Assembly (NCBI GenBank): GCA_963693365.1 | Contig: CAVNZM010000004.1 | Coordinates: forward strand, 7,663,093 to 7,727,092 | Direction: 5' to 3' | Source: Amoebidium appalachense | Lineage: Eukaryota > Protista > Ichthyosporea | Length of the DNA stretch: 64,000 nt | Shown: positions 13,119-34,860 of the stretch, in pieces | How the letters are laid out: every line of letters begins with the position of its first letter | Numbering within the stretch: position 1 is the first letter of the stretch | The notes under the pieces: generated by a model | Told to the model about the DNA's origin: nothing | The model's input: only the letters and a program-made list of their open reading frames with translations | Databases searched by the model: none | Made by a program: the position numbers and the translations under genes

Positions 13119-13590
13119 ACAGCTCAATTTTGGCCGGCTCATGAAGTACAAAGTGCACATTAAAAATAAAAAATAAAAAGAAGGGGGAACCCCAACTAAC
13201 TGATTTCTCTTTGTAGTCTTTATGGTGTCTCGTAGAGAAAGTAAACCCTGATATATAGTCATCACCCGACATCTATGTACGTGATCATGATATACCGCTG
13301 AGGGGATATTCCGAGCAAAACCCCCCCCATACCTGAGACTGGTTTCTCTTTGCCTCGAGCAAACAGCGTAAACCCCCCAAGTGCACATAGTTTGTTTTAC
13401 ACGGTCTCAAAGTACACATTCGATTCACGATGGATCCGTGCATCATAAGCAAATTAATTACTAATGAATCATAGTAAAAGCCAGGCCATCCTCAGGGGGA
13501 GCCCAAGTCATCCGCAATGTACCAAAGTCTCGAACAGCTTATCTCGCATGTGAAAACCCAGACAGACATCGATATGCTTCCATTGAACGT
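13119..13590 (-). mobile_element. Diverged copy of poly-C-flanked repeat family
   Basis: CCATCCTCAGGGGGAGCCCAAGTCATCC (~13487-13513) and downstream GAAAACCCA...TTGAAC align with copy 28730-28994. AAGTACAAAGTGCACA follows a G-run at 13091-13118. Boundaries approximate. Confidence 0.5.
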
Positions 13591-13808
13591 TCGGAAGTCT
13601 CAGAGAAGGGGGGAGTGGGAGAGGAGTGAGGAGGAATGTGCTGCAGTGCTCCGGATACATATTCACGACGGACACGATTGATCATATCGCCGACATGTTT
13701 GCAATATTGCAGAGACCAACCTCAGGGGGCCCAAGTTTTCCCCAAAAATATGCACAACTGCACAATTTAAGTAAGTAGAATCCAGCCTTACGGGGCCCAA
13801 GTGACCCC

Positions 13809-13839
<31 letters not shown>

Positions 13840-13877
13840 ATGCCTTTTTTTTTTTTTTTTTTTGTGCGCGTGTGTGT

Positions 13878-13909
<32 letters not shown>

Positions 13910-14336
13910 ATATGGACACACAGCACACAGCTCGACCTTGTTGGGAGTCACAAAAGCACCATATTTCTGCAGCCATGTATGTGGCCCCTGGCACACACAA
14001 CCCCCGGTTTTATTCACAGTTCAGAAAAAAACCAAGAGAGCGGAACAATCAGATATATAAATTTTCATGTGGTGGGTAATACAAAACATAATGCATGTGT
14101 TTTTCGCGTATACAAAAGCTCTTGCATGTCACACACCAACCTTCATTTTTCAAATACAGACGCCAAAAAACATTAAAATTCACAGGGTACCCTTTGTACG
14201 TTTCACCGAGTGAGCTTCATTCTAATATCACACAGAGATTCGCCGTTTAAGTTGTCTGCGGCGCACATACGTAGGGGGTGTCACCCTGCCCTGTCTCTCG
14301 TCCACCCATTTATCCGCCCAACACATGTGGCGGTGT

Positions 14337-14477
14337 TTAGAACGGGGAGACGATTTGCCACACAGAGATTGGTGTGTCGGCCGGGACAGTCTGCAGACCT
14401 GTAGGCAATAAACGGTGGGTGAGAATGAGAATGGGGCTGCAAAGAAATTTTTGTACACAGCTTACCGACCTCCCCCC

Positions 14478-14508
<31 letters not shown>

Positions 14509-15803
14509 AAAGAAAGGAAAAAAAAAAAAAAACACCACCACCACCAGAGACAACATAATGCGACGACGACGAAGCAAATTTCTACAGGATTATTTAGAGA
14601 CTCGTATTTCTCACCCAAATACTGCTCGCCTGTGTTCGTGCACAAGACAATCCCGGAAGGACGACCATCGGAAATTCTTGTGTAGGTGCCCGCCCCGTCC
14701 TCACCCTTCCACAAAAACATGCACACACTCGCGCGCACACACATGACCACCACCACTACCAAGAACAACAGACACCCCACAAAGCCGGAAATTTTTATGA
14801 GCAAATACTGTTGAAACTTCTACGTTCTGCCGAAAAAACTGCTTGCCTGTGTCTATCAGACAATCACACAGTCCACAGTCTATATGCAATGAAGCACAAG
14901 CACCAGTAACGGAGACCCGGCGCGCAGTTGTGAGCAGACAAGACACTAGTAGCTAAAAGAAGACAAATCATGCACACTTATAGTAGTAATATAGGACACA
15001 GAACAGGCACGGGCCAGGTTACGAGAGCAATGGTGTTTTGAGGAGAGGAAATAAGATAATGTGGTTGTGTGTCTTGTATCTAGGAGACGGTCATGTTTGT
15101 TTATGAGTGTGCAGACAAAAGAAGACTGTGAAGCAAGAAAAAGGGATGGCCCCAGTATATGTAGGCTTTCGAACAATAGAGACGGGGGGGGGGGGGGGGG
15201 GGGTTGAAGCGAAAGCCCCTCGAAGGAGCAGAGGTGTGTAGAAGATGGATTTTGTTACACAGTGCAGCACCAAGGCAAAGACATAGGAAGCACACGGGGG
15301 GGGGGGGGGGGGGGGGGGGGGGGCAATGCGCAGTGTGGTGGTGGTGGTGGTGGTGTTTGGGAAGGGGGGAAGATGCAGGAGCAACAAATAAGTGATGATT
15401 GGGCACTTGCACACACTCCTGCACGTGTGTCTATGTGGAGCTGCTCAAAGGGAACCCCCTCCCCACCCCCCTTACACACACACACCCCATCACCACCCCT
15501 TTTCGAACAGCACCGGCACTCCAGCCGCAATGCGTCAAAAAGAATGTTGCAGGGGTGGTGGGGTAATGCAGTGCTATACAGTACACAGGACAAGGACACA
15601 GAGTAGGTGGGAGGGTGGGGGGGGAGGGGGGGGGTTTGAAGTGTGTGTGTGTGTGTGTGTGTGGGTGGGGGGGTGAGAAAGTATGCAGGCACACGGAATT
15701 CATAAGGTGTGTATACGTAGCCACGCACCCATGGCAGAGTGTCCGTGTTGTGATAAAAGTATGATCTGTCCGAAGTGGGAGTGCATGCGTGCGAAAGAGT
15801 GTG

Positions 15804-15893
<90 letters not shown>

Positions 15894-16303
15894 CACTCAT
15901 ACGATTGCGTGTGACAGTATGTGACGCAGCTGTGTGTACCTGTGTGTTTGTGCCCATTCCTATGTAAGTGGAGTCAGGAGTGTTTCGAGTTGTCTACTCA
16001 AGAGTGTAAGTGCGAAAGAGCCAAACACCAGAGCACACAGAGGAAACCCTCAGTAAACGCAACAACAGGCACATGCAGTGCAGCCAGAAAAATAGTGAAG
16101 TGCTGAAATAACAACAGAATAAAGCATTGTTCTGTTTCTTAGGTGTAGACACGAGTGAAGGCGAGGGGAGGGAAAAGGAGCACACAGAGGGAACTCTTAC
16201 CCAGCCAGATAACGAGTGGCACAAAGCCCCAGTGGAAGGCCTGCTTGGATACCCCCACCGCCTTGGTGATGAACTCCTTCGTGTCGTCGCTCATGCCGGC
16301 CAT
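14337..16303 (-). CDS. TOM7: Mitochondrial import receptor subunit Tom7, 2 exons, 54 aa
   Basis: Exon 1 16303-16201 (GTAAG donor) and exon 2 14398-14337 give MAGMSDDTKEFITKAVGVSKQAFHWGFVPLVIWLGLQTVPADTPISVWQIVSPF*. Typical Tom7 signature (S.E.KE....HxGxIPxxxxLG...SP). Not recovered as an intact ORF in the track. Confidence 0.92.
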
Positions 16304-16420
16304 GTTTGAAGCTTTGCGTAAATCTGGTTTGTTGAAAAATCAAAAAATGAAGGTTTGGTGTGCTTGTGTGAATATCGATGCAGAGGGAGTGCGCATGTGC
16401 GTGGCCGCCCACACACACTT

Positions 16421-16434
16421 CAGTGACGTCACTG
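16421..16434. promoter_or_regulatory. Perfect 14-bp palindrome containing a CRE/ATF site upstream of TOM7
   Basis: CAGTGACGTCACTG 118 bp upstream of the TOM7 ATG. A second TGACGTCA lies at 16603-16610. Confidence 0.4.
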
Positions 16435-17321
16435 AGATGCCCTGGCCAAGGCGCCCAGAAAAAACGGTGATAGCATTTCGTCGCTAAGATTGTAACTAGT
16501 TTTTAACCAAGCAAAACTAATTTTATAAAGCTTTAATGTCAGTAACTTTGGGCCACAACTCCAATTGATTGTCATGAACTTCTAATGCCACGATTGCTGC
16601 TGTGACGTCATTGACCGCTCCGGATCCTCGTGGCCATCCATGCGGCGCCGCGGCGCACCGGCCTCCATATACGAAAAAAAAAACACACATGTAGGAAAAC
16701 CTCTCAACATATGATCTATGATGTATACAGTGCTATTTTGTAATTTGTGTCGTTGTTATCTGCATAAGTACCTTGTTCAATGGAAGTATCGTAGAAAGTA
16801 TTGTTGGCTTTGGTGCCAGCACGTCATCATGTCACCGTGAGATAACAAACAGCACATCATAATCAAGGCCTCCTACTCTGACTATGTGCACGGTGATTAG
16901 ACACGGCATGCGCCATGGCGGATTCGAAATTTCAGCATCGTTGACTTCACCACAGCCATGGCCTTTACTTACGGTAACTGATATTTAGAAGCACGTCGAA
17001 CTCAATTTCATATACTTCACTTAATACGTCTTACCCTACAACCTCAACCCGAGACCTTCAAAGTTTTGCGCCGTTGCATGCGCAACGCCCCATTACAATT
17101 GCACATGACCACCACAGTTAGCTCACTCAGGACGGTGTCTTAGCAATCACTGCTGCCAGTATACCCTTACCTCCCCACCAACCCCCCTCAAACCCCCCCC
17201 CCCCCCCCCCCCTCTCTCCCCCTTCCCCCCCCCTCCCCCTCTCCCCCCCTTTTTGAATCTTTTTTTCCTTGCCTCGTTTTTTTTTGTTTTTTTTTTCCTC
17301 CCTGGGGCGGAGGGGGAAGGT

Positions 17322-17352
<31 letters not shown>

Positions 17353-18477
17353 GGGGGGGGGGAAGGGGGGGGGGGGGAGGGGGGAGGGGGGAGGGATGGG
17401 AGGCAACATGTTATATGGATCATGATCATGATGAACCAACCACCCAAGCACAATCGCACATGTGCACGACGTAAACACACACAGTCACACGCACACACGT
17501 GCACACAGTCACACACGGACATACGTGTAATACTAATTCAAATAATCCCTGTTCATGAATGGGCACCTTTTGCACCGATCCAACTCGTGGAACCTGGAAA
17601 TTTGAATATGTGTTGTGTATGAACGTGAGACACAAAGTCCTACTACATAGGGGGGAACTGGATCTATTGAGGGCAAAGAACATCACATAGGTGGGATGGC
17701 ACGTGCGCTGTAGGCGACTGCGATTGTTGTTTATTTTTTCTGCGGCGTCCAGACTGCCGTGAAAAATGCACAACTAGCCAATCACATCTAAGAACCCTCA
17801 CCATACATAACCTACAATATGCATATTAGATTCAGTGCACTTGTGCCTACACCACCACATGTAGCTACAAAAAACAAACAAAAAAATCACTACTTCACAA
17901 GTACACTTGTGTTACATCATAACAATCGATATGTGTGCAGCACGAGTTATTAGAACTCGAATGGTCAGATGCCCTCTCATTATGTACCGTACCGTACATA
18001 TTACCACAACCATTCAGATACCGATTCCGTTGCTCCTTCGTATGCCATTCGGTCACTCATTATCAATACGAAGAGATCTATGATACCTTACTATGTATGT
18101 GTTAAATGCAAGGGGGAAGGTGCCAACATTAGCACATGGTGAAAGGGAATATCATGTAGAGGCCTATCCATCTCTCATGGGAAGGTTCAGCATTCATTCT
18201 AAAAAAAACCGTCGGGCCTTTGAAAAGTGTTAAAAAGTGTCCACAGCAATTATTCGCTCATCAAGATTAAGAGCAGTATTGATCCTACGTTGTTACTTCA
18301 GACGACCAAGCTATCAACTGAAACATAATTTAAAGGAAACAACAGACTTTCTCATCTAAATTTTCCTAAATTCTTGGGTCCAGGGGGGTGAGTCATGGCT
18401 GAAAAAAGTCGAAAGTTAACGAAAAGTGTCTTGTGTTAGGAACAGCTCCGAGAGAGAAGCAGGAGGTGTGTGTGGGG

Positions 18478-18516
<39 letters not shown>

Positions 18517-18606
18517 GTGAGCAGCGGGATTTTTCGCGGCGGACTGAAAGTCGGAGTTTCATGTAGCATGGATAGCATATGTGCACTTCAACAAGAGCTA
18601 TGGGCA

Positions 18607-18708
18607 TCACGACTTTGCTGACTTGGGCTGCACAGCGAGCATGGGCACGGTGTTGTGGTGGCAGATCTCAATTACCGCTGCCTCCTGCGACCAGGGCTCA
18701 CCATCCAC
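18607..18708 (-). pseudogene. Isolated terminal exon of a diacylglycerol kinase (accessory domain C-terminus)
   Basis: CCCCCGCAG acceptor, then VDGEPWSQEAAVIEICHHNTVPMLAVQPKSAKS*, matching the DGK consensus (Q)VDGEPW.Q....I.I.H.....ML. No other DGK exons recognised in the window. Confidence 0.7.
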
Positions 18709-18956
18709 CTGCGGGGGAAAACACAATCTAGAACATGAGGCAAGGGGTGACGAGGGGGCTGGCAGCAGATAAGCAGGGGGTGGTGGATGGGGATTGGGGG
18801 AATGGCAGACTGATGAATTGAGGGTTACAGGGGTTGGAAAATGAAGCTACCGTGGAGGGGGCCATCATACCATACGGTATGTCTCTTATGTACACACATC
18901 CACCTTTTATCTAGCACGTATGATATCTATGTATATCCACCATGCAACCAGGTATA

Positions 18957-19372
18957 GAGGGGTAGGCCGAATATAATTTTTATTTTATCACGTTTTGTTC
19001 CCGGAGGGCCTTTTCAGGCCCTCTAGGGAAACTACCGTCTACCACACAGCACTGACAGTACACTAGTTAAGGTGCTATCTATGAGTTCAGCTAAGCTAAA
19101 CCATCCTTCACAACCTAACTATAAGTACACACTTTGCCCTGGGCTACTACCCCAGCCACACCGGCAGGAGAAGGCCGAATATAATATTACACGGATTTCG
19201 GCCGCAGCCAGCTAGAATCTTATTTCCAGACCCCCCTAGCCCACAAAATCAAAAAGAAAAATATTATTTTTCATATGTGCAGTGCGGGCTAGCCAGCTAG
19301 GGTCTTAAATTTTCCAAAATTCCTAGTGCTGGAATCTTGTATTCGGAAAATAATAAATTATGCCTATCCCTG
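18957..19372. mobile_element. Putative TA-flanked MITE (Tc1/mariner-like) carrying a nested insertion
   Basis: Imperfect TIRs GAGGGGTAGGC... (left) and reverse complement CAGGGATAGGC... (right), with TA on both outer sides. Confidence 0.4.
18978..19171 (-). mobile_element. Short non-LTR retroposon insertion (5'-truncated LINE or SINE) with 14-bp TSD
   Basis: Direct repeat AGGCCGAATATAAT at 18964-18977 and 19172-19185. The minus-strand 3' end has hairpin GAGGGCCT-GAAA-AGGCCCTC followed by an A-rich tail ATAAAATAAAA. Confidence 0.6.
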
Positions 19373-19694
19373 TATCTATGTTTAACCGAGTCGTGCAATT
19401 CGCCAATGGGACTTGTCGTGAATTGCGGGTCATTCTCATCCGCTGTATGTCCTTTTATGTGAGTGGACACATACTAGTATCTCCAAGCATTTATCTGTAA
19501 CACTTCAAGTGTGGTTTCATGTGGGTGTGTATGATACATGTGTGCGTGCGTATGTGTATATATGTATGTGCTTGTGTAAGAGTATGTGTGTGTGTGGTTG
19601 TGTATGGGCATATGTGTGTAGTTGTATATGAGCATATATTTGTGTGTGTATGTGTGTGTGTGATCGCAAGTAGTGGTGGGTGTGTATGTGCGAA

Positions 19695-19730
<36 letters not shown>

Positions 19731-20648
19731 CCACCACCCTACTCGCCCTGCGGCGGCTACCTTGGGGAGGGGGGGAAAGGGGGGGGGGGGGGGGGGAGGG
19801 GGGGACCCACCCACCCCCTAAAAAAGGAGGGGATGGGTTTTGTGTATCCATTCTCAGGCCTCGCGTGTTTATACAGCCCGGGGCTTGATCCGAGGTGTAT
19901 GAATGTGCGAGGGCTCCTTTACCGTATGATTATTTCTTGTGTAAGTTCGTCATTGTGCACACCCCGGTAATTGCAGGTTCCGTCACGCGTGTCTGTGTGT
20001 GTCGGTGCCTGCCATGTACACCAATTGCATAGTGGAAGGTCCCACCAATCAAAGCGAAGGCCCAAACTGTCCCACCAATTAAAATGTCTGAATCTTTTAG
20101 TGCTGATTCAAATTGCTGATCTGAAACTAGGAATTTAAGTAAGACTATAGTAAGGCCGACACTAGTCTTAAAATATTTCACCAACGAGATCGTCGGGTCC
20201 GGGTTTCCAGTATGTTGACACCAATTGGTATTTGTGCCACAGTGTAGTGGTTGCTGGCTGGCTGGGTGCATGGGTGGGTGGGTGGGTAGGTGTCCTTCAC
20301 GACAACCCATCATCCATATACTAATTAGTCTCTCAGTATGGCATAAATGCAACATCATACAAGCATTATAATTAATTCAGAAGCAGACAGACTGTACCAC
20401 ATACATAGCACATCTCGAGTCGGATGACCAACCACAGGAACCTTACAGCTATTGCACAACCTCCTGTAATACAAGGCACAAGGAAAGCTTACGTAAGCAC
20501 ACCTACACATACCAGAGCACCCTACCGGTACCACAACAACACATCCGCACACTCCCTTCGTGCATTCATACCTCAACACATAATCAATCGCTGAATCACA
20601 CACACACACACAGATACACACACACACACAGACACAGACACACACACA

Positions 20649-20741
<93 letters not shown>

Positions 20742-20819
20742 ATCTCCACCTACACATCATTACGTACCCCTCCCCGCCTCCGCCCCCACCCTCCCCATTC
20801 CCCTTCCCCCCCTCCTTCC

Positions 20820-29512
<8,693 letters not shown>

Positions 29513-29920
29513 TTGCCCAAAGGGTCGAGGGACCCCACCCTACCTCTCAGTGTGTGTGTATGCCTGTGGCCCCCCGGCATGGTGAGGACTGTCCCCCCCC
29601 CCCCCCCCCCCCCCCCCACTCTCTCGCCTTCTCCCTCCCTTTCTCCTTGGCTCCCAACATCTCTCTCTCCCCACTCTCTCTCCCCCCCCTCCCTCCATCT
29701 CTCTCTCTCTCTCTTTTTCCCCCCTCTTCCCTCCCTCCCTCCCGGCCTCCCAAGATGTTTGGTTTGCCTCCGACTACATAACGGAAAGACGGCTCGTAAG
29801 ACTTATATTTTTCAGTCAAAGAATGTGGCGCTGTTAACATGTATACGATCGTGCACGTGAATGTGCACGGGTCTCACTGCTTCTCTGCACGTTTGTGTGG
29901 GTGTGTTGACGTCCCTACAT

Positions 29921-29970
<50 letters not shown>

Positions 29971-31392
29971 TGTGTTTGTGTGTGTGTGTGCCTGCGCCTC
30001 TGCCTGCGTATGTGATTGTATGTGCATCCAAGAAGGTGTGTGTGTGAACAGTGCACAGTTATGTAGGCAGTGTTCCGTCTCTGTATATGTGCCGCGCATG
30101 TTCTTGTGGACATGTGTCCGCACATGCACGTGCACGCCCTTGTGCCCCCTGTGGCTCCATGTGTGCGCGTGTATGCTTGTATGCTTGGCGAACAAGTTGA
30201 TACTGTGCTTTTAACACTTGGTGAGTTCATTCGGTTTAAAGGGATAGAGGCGGGCGATGTGGGGGGAATCGGGGAGGAACCCGCTGGATTGGGTGGTGGA
30301 GAGGTTAGGAGGGTGGGGAGAGAGGGAGTTAGGGATGGGGAGGAGGAAGGGGGGAGAGGGGGGAGGGGGAGGGAGGGAGGGAGGGAGGGAGACGGCTTTG
30401 ATGCCGGGGTGTTCTATGAGCTCATCTTATGTTTCAGTTCCGCGTTCAGTACAATGATGCTACCCAGTGTTGCCTTGGGGCGGGCATGCGTTAAGGAATC
30501 GTGCGTGCATGCACGTGTGTGCGTGGCTTGATGTATGCGGGTGCAAGCAAGCACCACCAATGTGTGTCCGTCTCCACATACCTGCGTGTCCTCCCTCTCC
30601 CACTGCCACCCGTTTTTCGGAACAGCGAAGCAAATCTGTCTTCAACGGCTCTGTTTCTTAGTTCAGTACGATTGATTAAGAGTACACTCTCAGGGTACAC
30701 ACACAGCTACATGTGCAACATGCACCTACATTCACAAACACCCACCCCAGCTTGTGTGCACTCTGTCAAGAAGTGGCGCACTTGAAACGTTTTGAAATTC
30801 CTGCGAGTAGGTTTCCTCGTTTATATGACTAGAACTCTTTATCGAGAGATGATATATAGTGTGTAGTGCGCAGTGGTCAAAACTTTAAACACCGTAAACA
30901 CACACACACTGCTTAAAAAACACACATGATACAGAACATTTTTTTACACGGCTGCACCTTGTCCTACAATTTTCCTGTTTTTACACAACTGACTCACTCT
31001 TCAGCTCTTTTAACTTTGTTAGTATGCCGTTCATTCGATGATTTCTATCATCCATATAGTAGCTACTATCCAGCATCGAGGAATCCTTTTTGGGGTGGCA
31101 ACCATCAACACAAAAACGCTAGGTTTGAAACCATCCCGGCCGTGTTTCTATAGCGATAGAACAAGTTTTTTTTTTTCCTCCAAGGATTTTTCCGACTTTT
31201 ATATAGATAGACAGTTGAGCTTTCGGTAACTGAGAACTTTAGCCTGTGCGCATGTGCGTGTGCTATCCGTGTGTCTTTATCTACCCCGTGCGCGTGCGTG
31301 CGTGTGCGTGTGTGTGCGCGCACCCCTGCCGGCTGGGTGTCGGGCGGGCGGGCACCTGCTTGGCCCGCAGCCCAAAGTGACAGGTCGCAACT

Positions 31393-31413
31393 ATGATGCA
31401 GGTAGGTGAAATG

Positions 31414-31498
<85 letters not shown>

Positions 31499-34055
31499 TG
31501 CATGTGCGGGAATGGTGTGCTTTGTTTGGGGTAAAGGGGTTGAGGTAGCGTTGGGAGTTGAGATAGGGGAGGGAGTGGAGTGGCTGGGAAAGGGTAAAGG
31601 GGGGGGGGGGGGGGGGGGGGGGTACTGGTTGTCTGTTGTAAGCGTGAAAGAGGTCTTTCCCTTTCTCAACATAGCAACTTTCTCCACAACTGTGTTTTTG
31701 CTTCCTCCTCGGTATTTGCTTTTTGTCAAGCCATGTTCTTGGTTTCTTGTTTCTGGTCCATGGGCTCCTCTGTTCACCTCCTTTCTTCATCTCCACTCAA
31801 GGCCTCCCATCTCTACAGCCTTCCTTCTCTCTCAGGCACTTTAAAGCTAGCAGCTGTGCTGACACAGGCACGCGGGCAAGTTTTCCTTACATGCTTAAAA
31901 GAGTGAAAGAAGTAGATAGAGCGTGCACGAGCGAGACACATAAGCACTGCACGTGTGAGACACACGAGCACTCGTACACGCATACATATGAAGCAAAGGC
32001 GAGACGAGAGGGAGAGGCGGACGAAGAGGCAGGGAAGGGAGGGAGGGGGAGAGAGGAGGCGGAGGGGGGGGGGGGGTGAGAGAGAAGGGGGTGAGAGAGA
32101 GAAAGAGAGGGAGGGGGAGAGGGAGAGGGAGGGGGAGAGAGAGAGAGATGCAGTGGCAGGTTAAGGGCAGGGAGAAGGGCACACACATGCGCGCGCACAC
32201 ATATACACACAAATACACGCACACATAGGAACACAAGTGCATACACAAGCACACGCGCACGCACGAGCAAGTGCACGGCAAACCTGAAACGTTGCCATCT
32301 GCACCTCACAGGCACGGTTGCGGTTTTTGTGGAAGCGAAGTCTGCATTCTGTTTGCGTTACATTATTAGGGGGCATTGGTTGAAATGCCCTTCGTGTTTG
32401 CCATTCGCACATAGCCTGTGTGCTTTTCTCCGTTGGTCCCATACGCATACGCACAGCTTGCTCATCCATATAGGTGCAAGCACACACAGACGATACAAGT
32501 GCACAAACATGCACGCACGTACACACGCACACACACAGGCACACACAAACAAGGAACATGCACCCGCGCTGCCGGGCACATACACACACACACAGACAGA
32601 CACAGACACACAGGCATACTCATGCGCCAACAAACACACACTCACACAGGGGCACGCACGCATGCACTCGCGCGCACACACACACACACACTATTGCTCA
32701 TTCATCTTCTTGCACACACGTGCACGTCCACTCGCCCACACACATGGACACACACTCACACACATGGACACAATCAAGGACACTGACACACACACACACA
32801 CATAAACACACACACGCACACGGCACACACACACATACACATGGACACACACGCACACACATGGGCACACTCGCGCACAAGCACCACATATGCACGCACA
32901 CGGACACACGCACGCACACGGACACACGCACGCACACAGACACACACACCTACACACGGACACACGCACGCACACAGACACACACACATACACATGGACA
33001 CCCGCACACACACGGACCACACACACACATGGAAACCGCACACACACGGACCACACACACACACATGGACACCCGCACACACACGGACCATACACACACA
33101 CATGGACACCCGCACACGCACGGACCACACACACACACACACACACATGGGCACACGCACATACATTGACACACATGGACACACACACACACACACACAC
33201 ACACGAACACACACACACGCACACATGGGCACATGCGCGCGCACGGACACACACGCACACATATGGACACATGCACGCACCTTGACACACACACCCCTAT
33301 CCAGGCTCTTTCTTATCCTCTGTACCAGCTTCTGTCCGGTCTGTTCCTAACTTTCCTTATCTCTCGCCTCAGCTCTTTGACAGTCTCCCTCCCCTCCCCC
33401 CCCCCCCCCCCCCCCCCGCATACTGTGCGTATCGCTGATGTTGCATACTTGAATGTTTGCCTTTGCATGTGTCCTTCGTGTATGCGTACTTCGTACCGTG
33501 TTCCGCAATCAACCCCCCCAGTCTTCTTTCAGAGGTGTCCTTTCAGGACAGACCACTGTGTGGAGACCGCTTTACTTCCATGCAACCGGGCATGGTTGCT
33601 CTGTGTCGTGCATCTGTAAGCACATACGCATTTTTCGCTGCACTGCATTAGTTTGCACACACATCTTCACCGTTTTGCTCACCTGGCTTGCATAGGCAAC
33701 CCTGCTCGTCTTTGATCAAGACGGGTTGACCCTCCCAAGTTCAGTTGATGCTGCTGTCTGAGTTGGAGAGTCGTATATACGCGGGCTAAGGGGTCGAAAC
33801 TCAGACGCAATTGATGACTTGGGCCCTCCCTGAGGATGGGCTCTGCTTATGACGCATACTGTGCGTATGGCTGATGTTGCATACTTGAATGTTTGCCTTT
33901 GCATGTGTCCTTCGTGTATGCGTACTTCGTACCGTGTTCCGCATTCAAACCCCCCCCCCCCCCCCCTTGCCTTCCCGAATGATGGGCTCTATATATGCTG
34001 CATACTCTGTTTGTTTTCATTTTGTGTGTGACACATTCTAACCCCACGTCCCCTC

Positions 34056-34088
<33 letters not shown>

Positions 34089-34293
34089 CTGATGTTGCAT
34101 ACTTGAATGTTTGCCTTTGCATGTGTCCTGCACCATGCTTCTCGTCGTGTATGCGTACTTCGTACCGTGTTCCGCATTCAAACCCCCCCCCCCCCCCCCC
34201 CCCCCCTTGCCTTCCCGAATGATGGGCTCTATATATGCTGCATACTCTGTTTGTTTTCATTTTGTGTGTGACACATTCTAACCCCACGTCCCC

Positions 34294-34329
<36 letters not shown>

Positions 34330-34819
34330 CTGATGTTGCATACTTGAATGTTTGCCTTTGCATGTGTCCTGCACCATGCTTCTCGTCGTGTATGCGTACT
34401 TCGTACCGTGTTCCGCATTCAAACCCCCCCCCAACCACCACCCACCCATCCATCCACCACCCAACTCAAACCCCCTCCCCCCCTTCCTCCTCCCCCTCCC
34501 CGCCCCCACCCCAACACCCACATACACACACAGCACCGATTCCAACCACAGGCACGGCAGGGGCCACCGATGGCCCCACCCCCCCTGCCCTCCAACTCGT
34601 CCCCACTGGGCCAGCAGCCATCACTGGGCCAGATGGCACTGGGGGGAGAGAGACAGGTAGACAGGGATAAGATAGTACAGGTAAGGGGTGTGTGTCTGTG
34701 AGGTGGGGCGGGGGGGGGGGGGGGGGGGGGGGGAGGACGATGGTGGTGGTGATTTGTTTTTGGGGAGAGGCATGGGCCTTTGAGGGGTTGGTTTGTGTGC
34801 TGGAGTATTTTTTTTTCCC

Positions 34820-34860
<41 letters not shown>

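Noticed and set aside
15101-15166. Alternative TOM7 exon 2 (AYIYWGHPFF...)
   Set aside because: The exon at 14398-14337 restores the conserved LG...SP end, and this one does not.
33790-33845. Hammerhead ribozyme (GAAAC and CTGAGGA words) or box C/D snoRNA (TGATGA..CTGA)
   Set aside because: Stems I and II do not form in the required geometry, and TGATGA is not conserved in the other copy (GGATGA).
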